A DNA stretch of 63,037 bases, the filler included, from Octopus bimaculoides (Eukaryota): assembly GCF_001194135.2 (NCBI RefSeq). It is 5 parts of 5 records of this genome, joined end to end, with 100 filler letters (N's around TTAATTAATTAA, not from the genome) between each part and the next. Parts side by side here need not be neighbours in the genome. Positions count along the whole stretch, not along the records: positions 45,634 to 60,862 come from NC_068999.1; 4 more parts are not named here. One strand, 5' to 3'. Shown piece after piece: positions 47,606 to 60,962 of this stretch. The notes beneath the pieces were generated by a model. The model was given only the letters and a program-made list of their open reading frames with translations, had not been told where the DNA came from and searched no databases. The position numbers and the translations under genes are program-made. Each line of letters starts with the position of its first letter. Within the stretch, counting starts at the first letter, position 1.

Positions 47606-48827
47606 CATAAAGAGAGAAAGAGAGACAAAGTGGGAGAGAATGGAAAGAATAGACGAACGAACGTAAAGAAGGGATCTGAATAATAAATAGAAGGAATCTG
47701 ATAAATAGATTGAAAGCAACGAGAAGAAGATGATGGAAGAAGAAGAAAAGGAGAAGGGAAAAATAAAAATGAGAGAGACTTGTGGTGGTGGTGGTGGTGG
47801 TGGTGGTGGTGGGTGGGTGGCATTCGTTGTAATGGTGGTACTTGTAGCAGTAGTAATGGTGGTGAAGTTCGGAGTTCTGTAACTGATGGTGGTGCTGTTT
47901 CATNNNNNNNNNNNNNNNNNNNNNNNNNNNNNNNNNNNNNNNNNNNNNNNNNNNNNNNNNNNNNNNNNNNNNNNNNNNNNNNNNNNNNNNNNNNNNNNNN
48001 NNNNNNNNNNNNNNNNNNNNNNNNNNNNNNNNNNNNNNNNNNNNNNNNNNNNNNNNNNNNNNNNNNNNNNNNNNNNNNNNNNNNNNNNNNNNNNNNNNNN
48101 NNNNNNNNNNNNNNNNNNNNNNNNNNNNNNNNNNNNNNNNNNNNNNNNNNNNNNNNNNNNNNNNNNNNNNNNNNNNNNNNNNNNNNNNNNNNNNNNNNNN
48201 NNNNNNNNNNNNNNNNNNNNNNNNNNNNNNNNNNNNNNNNNNNNNNNNNNNNNNNNNNNNNNNNNNNNNNNNNNNNNNNNNNNNNNNNNNNNNNNNNNNN
48301 NNNNNNNNNNNNNNNNNNNNNNNNNNNNNNNNNNNNNNNNNNNNNNNNNNNNNNNNNNNNNNNNNNNNNNNNNNNNNNNNNNNNNNNNNNNNNNNNNNNN
48401 NNNNNNNNNNNNNNNNNNNNNNNNNNNNNNNNNNNNNNNNNNNNNNNNNNNNNNNNNNNNNNNNNNNNNNNNNNNNNNNNNNNNNNNNNNNNNNNNNNNN
48501 NNNNNNNNNNNNNNNNNNNNNNNNNNNNNNNNNNNNNNNNNNNNNNNNNNNNNNNNNNNNNNNNNNNNNNNNNNNNNNNNNNNNNNNNNNNNNNNNNNNN
48601 NNNNNNNNNNNNNNNNNNNNNNNNNNNNNNNNNNNNNNNNNNNNNNNNNNNNNNNNNNNNNNNNNNNNNNNNNNNNNNNNNNNNNNNNNNNNNNNNNNNN
48701 NNNNNNNNNNNNNNNNNNNNNNNNNNNNNNNNNNNNNNNNNNNNNNNNNNNNNNNNNNNNNNNNNNNNNNNNNNNNNNNNNNNNNNNNNNNNNNNNNNNN
48801 NNNNNNNNNNNNNNNNNNNNNNNNNNN

Positions 48828-48884
<57 letters not shown>

Positions 48885-49398
48885 CACACACACATATATA
48901 TATATATACATACATACATGCCTGTATATACTTCCAAACATTTACATACATGTATATATATGTATATATATGTATGTATGTATGTATGCATGTATGCATG
49001 TATGTATATAATACGGCTGTCCATTCACCTAACGTCAGAAGTTAAACACTAATGCTGCATGTACTTATGTCCATTTTGTCGTCATCCGCTCTCTTTCTCG
49101 CATGCTATCTCTCTCTCTCACTCTCTCTCACACTCTCCCTGTATATAATTATGTATATATCTATGTATATATATATAGAGAGAGAGCGAGAGAGAGAGAC
49201 ATGTAGGTATGTATGTATTTGTGCATGCGTGTGTAGTTACATGCACAAGTGTATTTATTGCGTGTGTGGATATATATATTTGTGTATGTGTGTATTTCCG
49301 TTTAATATTTGTGTTCCGTTTCCTCATTCTTCCACTTCCTTTTCTATCTTTGCCTTTCTACCCCCTTCTCTTTCTCTCTCTCTCTTTCTCTCTCTCTT

Positions 49399-49438
<40 letters not shown>

Positions 49439-49597
49439 TCTCTCTCGTACGTATATTCATGTAAGTGTATATATGTGTGTATGTGCCCATGTGTGTGCAT
49501 GGGGGATATGCATGCGTCTACATTTGTAGACGTATGTGTATTTACGTTTTAGTTTGGATTCTGTGTGTCAATTGCATTCGCACGTGCATGAATATTT

Positions 49598-49641
<44 letters not shown>

Positions 49642-50249
49642 CGTGCGTGTGTGCGTGTGTGCGTGTATTCGTGTGTGTCTGTCTCTGTGTGTGCGTGTTT
49701 GTGAGTGAGTGTGTGGGTGTGTGGGTGTTTGTGTGTGTTTGTGTGTGTATGTGTAGCATAGTACCTTTCTCACTTGGCCTATTTCCCAGCAATCTTCATT
49801 TAATATTGATACATAACATCAGTTGGATATGTCTCACTAATATCCAGAGAATATACCATATGTCATACACAGTGCGTACATGCACACACACACACACACA
49901 CATACTTAGACGCACACGCACATACATACACATACTTATATTTACAAGAGGAAACTAAAAAGTACAAAGTCAACAGTGTAGAATTTATTAGGATACAGCT
50001 GCCTCAGCGTTTCTGCTAACACACGTTCCATTGATCAGGATATATTTGAAGAATGAATGTTGTGCATCTGTAACGAAAGAATTAGGGCTGATTCCAATTA
50101 ATCTTGGCGAATCTTATATTCGAATAATCTTAAATCTTTATATGGTGTTAGGGGAATCAACCTGCCAAGACTTGTCATTTTTAATGAGTTACTACCCCAA
50201 GACACTTATCGAATAGGTTGCCAGTAGATATCCAAGCTTATGGAAATTG

Positions 50250-50450
50250 TCTAAAAGGGTTTTCTTTGAAGGCGACGACTAACAATTATCTCGAGTCTCC
50301 AGTCAAATGATATTACTGATTGTTTCAATATCCAGAACTTTTCAGCTAAGCATAGACTGCAGTTTTGTGATCCATTGAAACATGATTTGGCTTTATTGAG
50401 GATATGCCTGAAACAAGGGTTTAAGTCCAGTCTTTATGATGCACCATTCA
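50250..50450 (-). pseudogene. Penelope-like element ORF C-terminus remnant
   Basis: HILNKAKSCFNGSQNCSLCLAEKFWILK resembles the C-terminal CxLCLxEK motif of GIY-YIG Penelope-like ORFs. Confidence 0.55.
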
Positions 50451-50739
50451 TCTCTGTTTGTTTTTTGGCCATAAGTGTTTACTCTGAAACGTTCAATTCA
50501 AGGGTAAACCCTTCCGTTATTCTCCATCGATGCTATTTTGTTTTATTCTTGTATTTCTGTTGTTTTCATTTGTGAGATATTGACCTCTCACCTCGTATCC
50601 ATCTCACCCCCCAATCGCCACCACTTTTCACTATCTTGCCAAGCCAACCTACTTCAAGCCTTCTGACTCCTCCAATCCCATCCTTTTACTTCCCAACTCT
50701 TCCATATTCCAATATATATTCTTCTATAAACTCGCCTGC

Positions 50740-51125
50740 AAACCGTTTCATAATGGTTCGTAATTCCTCACCTACTCCCGACTACAACCGGACTCCCCCT
50801 GCTCCCACCCTGTTGCCAAACCCGTTCGTTCCTCACTCACCAATCCTTTCATGCCACTGAATCATTAGCTGGACTGTAAATCTCTGTATATGGGACAAAC
50901 TGGTTTCAGTCTGGTCACACTCTGGCCAACCGATCATGGAACGCCTCCAAAATATCTGATTCAACAACGCTTCGTGCGTCTCATGCCGTTTCTACTCCGC
51001 GGACCTCACCATCTCTCCCTACTTCTTCTCGTTTTCAGTCTCGCATCGTTTGACAGAGCATTTGTATCTGGAGAAAACAAGTATTATTAGATATTTTTCT
51101 CTTCAAACTTCTGTCCCCACTTGTA
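50740..51125 (+). pseudogene. Penelope-like GIY-YIG endonuclease remnant
   Basis: DCKSLYMGQTG (YIG half-motif) and LEKTSIIRYFSLQTSVP (terminal LE..I..L.T..P-like motif). Confidence 0.5.
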
Positions 51126-51175
51126 CGATCACAGTTCCCAACACCTTCCTTCTTTAACACCCTCTTCGAATAACT

Positions 51176-51212
<37 letters not shown>

Positions 51213-53095
51213 CTCACACAGACACACACACACACACACACACATAAACGCACACGCACACACATATAAATACACACAAAAATATACACGAATAAATAAA
51301 AGCTAACAACCACGTACGCATACCCGCACATCACTACACACATGCGCTTATGTTTATATATATATNNNNNNNNNNNNNNNNNNNNNNNNNNNNNNNNNNN
51401 NNNNNNNNNNNNNNNNNNNNNNNNNNNNNNNNNNNNNNNNNNNNNNNNNNNNNNNNNNNNNNNNNNNNNNNNNACATATATATATATATATATATATACA
51501 TACATATATATATATGTATATATATATATGTATATGTATATGTGTATGTATATATGTGTATGTATGTATATATATATATATATATATTTATGTTGGTATG
51601 TATGTATATGTAAGTAGGCAGGAAGGTAAGTATTTATATGCATCTATATATATGTACATATATATGTATATATGTACGTATGTACGTATGTATACACACA
51701 CACACACACACACACAACAGTAATAATTCCGAAAACGTGCAAAGACATTCAACTCTCAAACAAACACATGCAAATATTATGCTCTCTCTACCTTCTCACT
51801 GATGGCGTTTTAATCTTCTTTAATCCTACTTAATCCTACATAACATTCCCCCCCCCACCGCTAAAACTATAAAACACGTTTCCAACAATTTCTCCAGAGT
51901 CAACACCAGAGAGCATTGAAGAGAAATAAGTGCCACTTTCAAGGAAATAATTTTGACGGAGAAGAAGTTTGAAAAAAAAGAATTTTTTTTTTTTTGTAAT
52001 ATTTTCCATAATTTTCTGAGACTAAATGGATATTAAGAGAAAATATCGTGAGAGCTGTTTCAGATTTCATTTGAACGCAAAACCAATTTCTAAATTAGCT
52101 CATACAATATGTTCANNNNNNNNNNNNNNNNNNNNNNNNNNNNNNNNNNNNNNNNNNNNNNNNNNNNNNNNNNNNNNNNNNNNNNNNNNNNNNNNNNNNN
52201 NNNNNNNNNNNNNNNNNNNNNNNNNNNNNNNNNNNNNNNNNNNNNNNNNNNNNNNNNNNNNNNNNNNNNNNNNNNNNNNNNNNNNNNNNNNNNNNNNNNN
52301 NNNNNNNNNNNNNNNNNNNNNNNNNNNNNNNNNNNNNNNNNNNNNNNNNNNNNNNNNNNNNNNNNNNNNNNNNNNNNNNNNNNNNNNNNNNNNNNNNNNN
52401 NNNNNNNNNNNNNNNNNNNNNNNNNNNNNNNNNNNNNNNNNNNNNNNNNNNNNNNNNNNNNNNNNNNNNNNNNNNNNNNNNNNNNNNNNNNNNNNNNNNN
52501 NNNNNNNNNNNNNNNNNNNNNNNNNNNNNNNNNNNNNNNNNNNNNNNNNNNNNNNNNNNNNNNNNNNNNNNNNNNNNNNNNNNNNNNNNNNNNNNNNNNN
52601 NNNNNNNNNNNNNNNNNNNNNNNNNNNNNNNNNNNNNNNNNNNNNNNNNNNNNNNNNNNNNNNNNNNNNNNNNNNNNNNNNNNNNNNNNNNNNNNNNNNN
52701 NNNNNNNNNNNNNNNNNNNNNNNNNNNNNNNNNNNNNNNNNNNNNNNNNNNNNNNNNNNNNNNNNNNNNNNNNNNNNNNNNNNNNNNNNNNNNNNNNNNN
52801 NNNNNNNNNNNNNNNNNNNNNNNNNNNNNNNNNNNNNNNNNNNNNNNNNNNNNNNNNNNNNNNNNNNNNNNNNNNNNNNNNNNNNNNNNNNNNNNNNNNN
52901 NNNNNNNNNNNNNNNNNNNNNNNNNNNNNNNNNNNNNNNNNNNNNNNNNNNNNNNNNNNNNNNNNNNNNNNNNNNNNNNNNNNNNNNNNNNNNNNNNNNN
53001 NNNNNNNNNNNNNNNNNNNNNNNNNNNNNNNNNNNNNNNNNNNNNNNNNNNNNNNNNNNNNNNNNNNNNNNNNNNNNNNNNNNNNNNNNNNNNNG

Positions 53096-53160
53096 GAGGA
53101 GGTAAAGGAGGAGGAGGTAAAGGAGGAGGAGGTAAAGGAGGAGGAGGTAAAGGAGGAGGG
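53096..53160. repeat. 15-nt minisatellite (GAGGAGGAGGTAAAG)n at a gap edge
   Basis: At least four units visible next to a ~980-N gap. Confidence 0.9.
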
Positions 53161-53918
53161 GGTAATAATGATGATGGTGATAAAGACGTAAGAGAAGTTT
53201 AATTTACATCTTGCAGCATCCACCGAATCAGGTGACCACGCAGAGGCCTCCCCATTGGCTTCCTGCTGCCATAGTCTTTGCTGCTTAGCTCCAGCTTGGT
53301 CTTGATACGACAACTATATTATGAAATGCGTTCCAGCTCTCTCGACGATCCTGTCAGTTCAGTGTTATCCAATGTACCTTCTCTTTACCTAACACTGTTG
53401 AGCATTGATATGAAGTAGATTTGGTTGTTATTTCCAGCACATCGAATCTCTCCGAGACGGCTCTCTCGTTTGTGGAATGTTAGCCCAGTCGTGACCATTG
53501 CTTTTAGAAAGGTAATTAATCACAGGTGATTAATTATCTACCGTTTAATCCCTGTTGGTCTCTCTATCGATCTATCTATTGATCTATCTATTGAATTACT
53601 GACAATGTCTTTTCAAGAATATATTTCTCCGCCATATTGAATTGTCTCGAAAAGTTCTCGTAACTTTGTTCATTCATTCCATGGTCTTCCTCTCTTTCTT
53701 TCTTTCTTTCATTCTATCTTTCTTTCTTTCCTCATTCCATTCATGACTAATATTGACTACAGTTAATAGATAAGATGCTGCTAACATATTTAACGCAACT
53801 AGTATTAAAAAGCTAAAGCGAACAACAAATAATTATGCGGTGAGAATAAGAAAAATAGACTATTGGTCATTGACTAATATTATGTTAATTATTTCTGCGA
53901 GTAGGGGAGACAACTCAG

Positions 53919-53948
53919 GACGTTTCGGTCTCGTAGTAACCTCATCAG
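53919..53948 (-). ncRNA. Minimal hammerhead-ribozyme-like motif
   Basis: Minus strand CTGATGA-GGTT-ACTACGA-GACC-GAA-ACGT-C: intact core, 4-bp stem II (one G-U), palindromic ACGT stem III; stem I pairs poorly. Confidence 0.45.
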
Positions 53949-54738
53949 TAAAGCCTAAGGTCCACTGTACATGACAAAATAATGATGAGAGAATCATTTA
54001 ATTAACATAAACTGGTGTACAGACGCTTGCGTAAAAAGCTAGAATTTCTTAAAGAATGAATTTATTCTAGTTTTCTACAACCAATGTAGATTCAGTTACA
54101 TGTACTTTGTGATTGCCCGGTCGCTACTTCACCAAGTACGGTGAAATCTGAGTTTCGCTGATGAGCTCCTAAGAAGTAGATGTCTAAAGCTGTCTCCCCC
54201 CCCCACCTCACTTACAGAAATGATCAAAATAATATTAATCAATGTCTAATACTTCTTTCCCCCCACACACAAACACACCATGGTATATTTATTTCCTATT
54301 AACTTATTAATACACTTTGCATTAAACATGTTAACATTAACTTCAGTAAATACGTACAGTATACTTTGGTGTTACTCTGTGTTATCGAATTTTTTTTTTC
54401 TTGTCTGTAACTGTTGCAATTCTCTCCAAACCTCTACAGACACAAAGACGAAATGAGAAAAGCACCTGAGATATTTTGCTACCAGCTAAATCTATTTGGC
54501 TATCAATGAACACGTAGCTGTTCAACGATTGCAGATGTGTTTCAGCTTCGGATTATACATGTCTCCAGAGACAAACATAATGTTATTTAAAGATTTATTT
54601 CTGGAGATGTTCTTAGTACAACTTGTATACTTTCGAAAACTTTCGTGCTCTGCTAACTGCAGTGGAATCAGCAAACCTGAAGCCTTAGATCGAATCCTAG
54701 TGAACGAGACAACGGTATTGCCTCCACGTAGATACTCG

Positions 54739-54920
54739 ATCTGCTAGAAATAGCAGTCAAGATCGCTAAGTCTTCTAGAAGTAGCAGTCAAATCACAAGA
54801 CCTCTAGAAGTAGCTGACAAAATCGCTTGATTTGCTTGCAGTAGAAGTAAAATTTGTCGATCTGCTAGAAATAGCAGTCAAATTACTAGATTCTGCAGGA
54901 TGTAGAGGTCAAATCGTCCT
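54739..54920. repeat. Degenerate ~30-nt minisatellite of CTGCTAGAAATAGCAG
   Basis: About six diverged units. Confidence 0.75.
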
Positions 54921-55349
54921 CAAATCACAGTGTCGTCTTAGGAAAAGACACATCGGATAATGTGATCTTGGCTGTACAATATTAATTAGGAAAAATACGG
55001 AATGGTCACGAATGGAATACTTTTGCTTATAGACTTACAGGGTCAGTGTGACATGTGTCTAAATAACAACAACAATGACAATAACAACAATAACAACAAC
55101 AGCAGCAACAACAACAGCAGTAAGATAACCTGGAAATCGACTGAAGAAAGAAAACGCCGAATGACCCATCCTTGTTTTTTTTTTTTGTATCGTCTGTCTG
55201 TCTGGTTTGCGTTCTTGTCCCAGTTTTGGTATTCCTTTTTATATAATACATACATACATACATACCTAATACAAACATACATACATACATACATACATAC
55301 ATACATACATACATACATCTCTATATATATTTATGTATAACGTTGAACC

Positions 55350-55545
55350 GTTAATCCTTGCACATTTTTTCTCTCTCCGTTTTTTCCCTTCTCTCTCCGT
55401 TTTTTTTTTTCTTTTCTTCTCTTAATCCTTTCTGTCAAAGAGCGTAGGCTCGAAACGCAAAAGACTTTTCCATTCTTCCCAAGCGTTAAACTAATAAACC
55501 TGCTTCTTCCTTCACCTGTCTTCGTCTTTTGTCTTTCCGTAAATT
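55350..55545 (+). mobile_element. Short repeat family G (possible Penelope-like terminus)
   Basis: CTGTCAAA-GAGC-GTAG-GCTC-GAAACG, then AAAAGACTT...GCGTTAAACTAATA; similar to 5095-5215. Confidence 0.5.
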
Positions 55546-56004
55546 TGAACTGTGTGTGTGTGTGTGTGTGTGTGCGTGCGTGTGTGTGTGTGTGTGCGTG
55601 TGTGTGTGTGTGCGTGCGTGTGTGTGTGCGTGCGTGTGTGTGTGTGCGTGTGTGTCTGTGTGCGTGCGTGTGTGTGCGTGTGTGTCTGTGTGCGTGCGTG
55701 TGTGTGAGTGTGTGTGCGTATATGTGTGTGTGTGTGTGTGTGTATGAATATATATGTATATATATACACACACTCACACACACATACAATATATATATGC
55801 ATGTACGTATGTGTATGTATACACACACACACACACGCAGACAATATATTTGCAAAGTTCCTCGTCACTTTTCGTATACATTGTCTGAGTCCTCCATCAC
55901 CACCATCACCACCACTTCCACATATAAATATGCATACACACACATATGTGCGCATGTATGTATGGATGTACGTACGCACGTACGTACGCATGCATGTATG
56001 TATG

Positions 56005-56038
<34 letters not shown>

Positions 56039-56135
56039 TGTATGAGTGTTATGGATGGATGCATATAACTGCCCAATTCTAAGAAATAATACATTCAAAT
56101 TACTCATATTCATAAACACACGCTCTCTCTTACTC

Positions 56136-56206
<71 letters not shown>

Positions 56207-56500
56207 TACACACACACACACACACGCTGCATACCATACACATGCATTCACGTGGGTGAAGGGCAAGTGTACTGTATGCGCATGTGTAGACACGGCAGCG
56301 ACAGGAATTAATTGCAAAAACAGTCAATAAAAAGAAGAAGAAGAAAAAAACAAGAAAAGAAATAAAAAAAAATAAAACGTGGGCAAGTATTTATGGATAT
56401 TAATAAGGGATTACTTTATCTTGCTTTCACGAGCAATTAACGACGGCTAGTCTCGTATAAACATAACAGAACGACAGCGACGTAGAGTTCACATACACGA

Positions 56501-56502
<2 letters not shown>

Positions 56503-56570
<68 letters not shown>

Positions 56571-56656
56571 TTAAAAAATAATAATAATAATGATAATAAT
56601 AATAATAATATTAAATATTAATAATAATAATAGTAATGATAATAATAATATTAAAT

Positions 56657-56733
<77 letters not shown>

Positions 56734-56751
56734 TTGATGATAATAATAATA

Positions 56752-56796
<45 letters not shown>

Positions 56797-56805
56797 TAAT
56801 AATAA
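56503..56805. repeat. Long interrupted (AAT)n microsatellite
   Basis: Direct reading. Confidence 0.97.
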
Positions 56806-57130
56806 AGTTGTGCAATTAATCAACATTTCTTGTGGTTCTATCGATCAACCAAGCCCAGTTTTTACGGTGCAGCGGCGCTGATTTCCTAACTGGAGGAGTA
56901 AGCTTGCTGAACAGTAACTACCAAGGATGGTCGATTATTATTATTATCTTCGGTGTATTTATAACATTTTTTATGACAATAGTGAGACAGAGACGTACAA
57001 CAGTATCGCTTCTTAGTGTTTCTAAACATCACCTCCGTTCCGATTTAAACTTTTGTCCAGCGACGTTTCAGACCATTCACGACTTAATACATGATATCTC
57101 GATAAACGTTAACATTTTTAATAACAAAAT

Positions 57131-57177
<47 letters not shown>

Positions 57178-57489
57178 NNNNNNNNNNNNNNNNNNNNNNN
57201 NNNNNNNNNNNNNNNNNNNNNNNNNNNNNNNNNNNNNNNNNNNNNNNNNNNNNNNNNNNNNNNNNNNNNNNNNNNNNNNNNNNNNNNNNNNNNNNNNNNN
57301 NNNNNNNNNNNNNNNNNNNNNNNNNNNNNNNNNNNNNNNNNNNNNNNNNNNNNNNNNNNNNNNNNNNNNNNNNNNNNNNNNNNNNNNNNNNNNNNNNNNN
57401 NNNNNNNNNNNNNNNNNNNNNNNNNNNNNNNNNNNNNNNNNNNNNTATATATAAAACAAATAATAAATGAGTATATGCATATATACGTA

Positions 57490-57675
57490 CAGGTATGTGC
57501 ATACCTACGTCTACCTGTCTATATAGGTGCATATCTGGGTACAGGAAATTGCAAACAAAACGTAGACAAAAAATAATAATAACCAGAGTACAGAACACAC
57601 ACAGGCCACATAGAGAACGTTTTCCTTCATCAGCTACCCCTATTCTAACACAGGCGTTTCGAAGAGTAGGGAAGG
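57490..57675 (-). mobile_element. Short repeat family E
   Basis: Reverse complement resembles 12515-12660. Confidence 0.6.
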
Positions 57676-57947
57676 ACGCAGAAGACGGATTTTTGCAAAA
57701 TTTAGTGAACCAAAATCTACTCATATGATACATATGAACCGAAGGCGAGTGTGGAATCACTTTCGCAGATTAAGAGAAGTTATTACAGCAAACTTTTTTT
57801 AAAAAATGATTCCAATAATTCCAATATCTTCGTTGAAAAATCAACTTCCATATAACTAGAAAGGAGGCTACCATTTTCTTTTTTTTTTTTTTCGTTTGTT
57901 ACTGTTTTTTCTGGTTTTGTTGGCAAAAACCTGTTGATAAATTTCAT

Positions 57948-57980
<33 letters not shown>

Positions 57981-59202
57981 CACACACGCACACATTCATA
58001 TATATTATACACATGTTTATTCATTTCATTACTTCTATGCATAATCTATGAAAGATAGAATATTAATATACATCACTATGTATGTGTGTATGTATCTATG
58101 TATGTATGTGTGTGTACGTATGTATGTATGTATATCTGTATGTATGTGTGTGTACGTATGTATGTATGTATGTATGTATGTATTGTATAACACTTGATAT
58201 ATGATGCCAAAAAATATCTAAATAAACATTGAACTCGATGTAGTTGTGTAGAGTAATGTGTTTCTATTTTTGAAGCATTACGTGTCTCAAGTAATCTTGT
58301 AGATTATCATTTTATTTACGGTGCCGCTTTTCCGACCCTTTTATCATTAGGAGAATAATATTCCTCTTTAGAAAGCATTCATCACGTTTGCGAGGCCACA
58401 AAATCTAGTAGAAATCCTAATTATGGTAGCTATATATTAAAAAAAAAAAAAAAACGTATGTCGATAGACAGGCGACACACGGATTAGCAGTTCCACATAC
58501 ACATTCATATAGATACAGGCACACACATTTTTGACCGACAGGAAGAACGCTTCTTCACCAATGAAACCTAAGCACTCCAACACCGTTGGAGGAAGTGTAT
58601 GAACCGCAAAGGCGGACTATGTTGTGGTAGAAAAACGCCCATTTAGTCACATTCCANNNNNNNNNNNNNNNNNNNNNNNNNNNNNNNNNNNNNNNNNNNN
58701 NNNNNNNNNNNNNNNNNNNNNNNNNNNNNNNNNNNNNNNNNNNNNNNNNNNNNNNNNNNNNNNNNNNNNNNNNNNNNNNNNNNNNNNNNNNNNNNNNNNN
58801 NNNNNNNNNNNNNNNNNNNNNNNNNNNNNNNNNNNNNNNNNNNNNNNNNNNNNNNNNNNNNNNNNNNNNNNNNNNNNNNNNNNNNNNNNNNNNNNNNNNN
58901 NNNNNNNNNNNNNNNNNNNNNNNNNNNNNNNNNNNNNNNNNNNNNNNNNNNNNNNNNNNNNNNNNNNNNNNNNNNNNNNNNNNNNNNNNNNNNNNNNNNN
59001 NNNNNNNNNNNNNNNNNNNNNNNNNNNNNNNNNNNNNNNNNNNNNNNNNNNNNNNNNNNNNNNNNNNNNNNNNNNNNNNNNNNNNNNNNNNNNNNNNNNN
59101 NNNNNNNNNNNNNNNNNNNNNNNNNNNNNNNNNNNNNNNNNNNNNNNNNNNNNNNNNNNNNNNNNNNNNNNNNNNNNNNNNNNNNNNNNNNNNNNNNNNN
59201 NN

Positions 59203-59260
<58 letters not shown>

Positions 59261-59480
59261 TATATGCATATCTATATATACACACACACGTGTATATATA
59301 TACATATATATTCATATATATATAAATATATATATACATACATACATATATATACATATGCATATATATATATACATACACAGGCATGCATATATATGTA
59401 TGTATATGTATATATATATGTAATATATGTAAGCATAGATGTCAGTGTGTATGTACATATGTGTATGCATATATATGTGC

Positions 59481-59515
<35 letters not shown>

Positions 59516-59525
59516 NNNNNNNNNN

Positions 59526-59571
<46 letters not shown>

Positions 59572-59899
59572 ATGTATGTGTTATATATACAAATAAAGGG
59601 AGACAAATACAGGAAAAAAAGACACGCTGTGTAACTGAAAAGCTTCATATTAGAGGAGTGATTAAATAAGAGAGAAAGGTGGAGAGAGAGAGGGGGGAAG
59701 GGGAGATGGGGATGGAAAGAGAAAGAGAAGAGAGAGAGAAAGGAGAGAGTTTTTTTTGGTGGCAAGTGATGGAGCGTGGACGAGCTTATTGTCAATAAAC
59801 TGACGCCATTACTCATCGGTAGGAGAATAACGTCGCTGTGTAGAAAGCATTCGTCACGTCTGCAAGGCCAGAGAGAATGTAGTATCTATTTAAGATGGC

Positions 59900-60027
59900 C
59901 CATTTGCGTTGTATTCGTGTGAGCGTGTATATCTGGGTTTGTGTTCGTGTGTTTTGTGCGTATATATGTGTGTGTCAGCATGAGTGTATACACGTATATA
60001 TTTGGGTGAGTATGTGTATGTGTGTAC

Positions 60028-60059
<32 letters not shown>

Positions 60060-60485
60060 GTATATGTGTGTGTATGTATATATGTATGTATATGTGTATA
60101 TATGTCCAAGTGTGTTTGCATGGATATATATATATACGTACATACACACACACGTATATGTATATGTGGTGTGTGAGTGTTGATTGTGTGTGTTGTGTGT
60201 ATCGTGTGTGACGTATGCGTGTGTGTATTGTGTGTGTCTGTGTGTGTTAGCACAAGTACATATGTATATTTGTGTGTGAGTATGTATGCGTGTGAGTCTA
60301 TATATGTATATATATGTCCATGTGGGTTTGTGTGAATGTATATATACGTACATACATACATACAAACACACACACACACATATGTATGAATTGTGTGTGT
60401 GTGTATATATATATATATGTGTATGTGCGTGTGCGTGCGTGCGTGCGTGCGTGCGTGTGTGTATGTGTGTGCGCGTGCGTGCGTG
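59900..60485. repeat. Degenerate (TG)n/(TA)n/(TGCG)n field
   Basis: Direct reading. Confidence 0.93.
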
Positions 60486-60804
60486 AAACCAAATAGTTTT
60501 GCTGAAACAGTGAAACAGAAAACAAGACAAAAAAGAAAAGAAAAAAAGAGATACAAAAGTAAACAAAAAACCAAAAAGAAAAATAATAAAATAAATAACG
60601 AAATAAATAAACACACAAATAAATAAATAAATAAAGCTCTACAGAAACCAATTGAAACATTAAATAAATACAATGTTCTGTAATAAAGACTATAGTCGCG
60701 TAAGCACTTGTAGATGCCATAGTAACGAAGAACGTGCGAAATAATAGGAGCTGGCAATCTAACCATCTACCAATCATACAGAACGGTAATCGTCGCTTTT
60801 TCAG

Positions 60805-60862
<58 letters not shown>

Positions 60863-60962
60863 NNNNNNNNNNNNNNNNNNNNNNNNNNNNNNNNNNNNNN
60901 NNNNNNTTAATTAATTAANNNNNNNNNNNNNNNNNNNNNNNNNNNNNNNNNNNNNNNNNNNN
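60863..60962. other. Artificial scaffold-join spacer
   Basis: 44 N + TTAATTAATTAA + 44 N. Confidence 0.92.

Noticed and set aside
47442-49052. Longest ORFs in the track (370-500 aa; also 52026-53313)
   Set aside because: Mostly X from N gaps.
54145-54185. GTTTCGCTGATGAGCTC as a hammerhead
   Set aside because: CTGATGA and GAAA lie on opposite strands; no valid topology.
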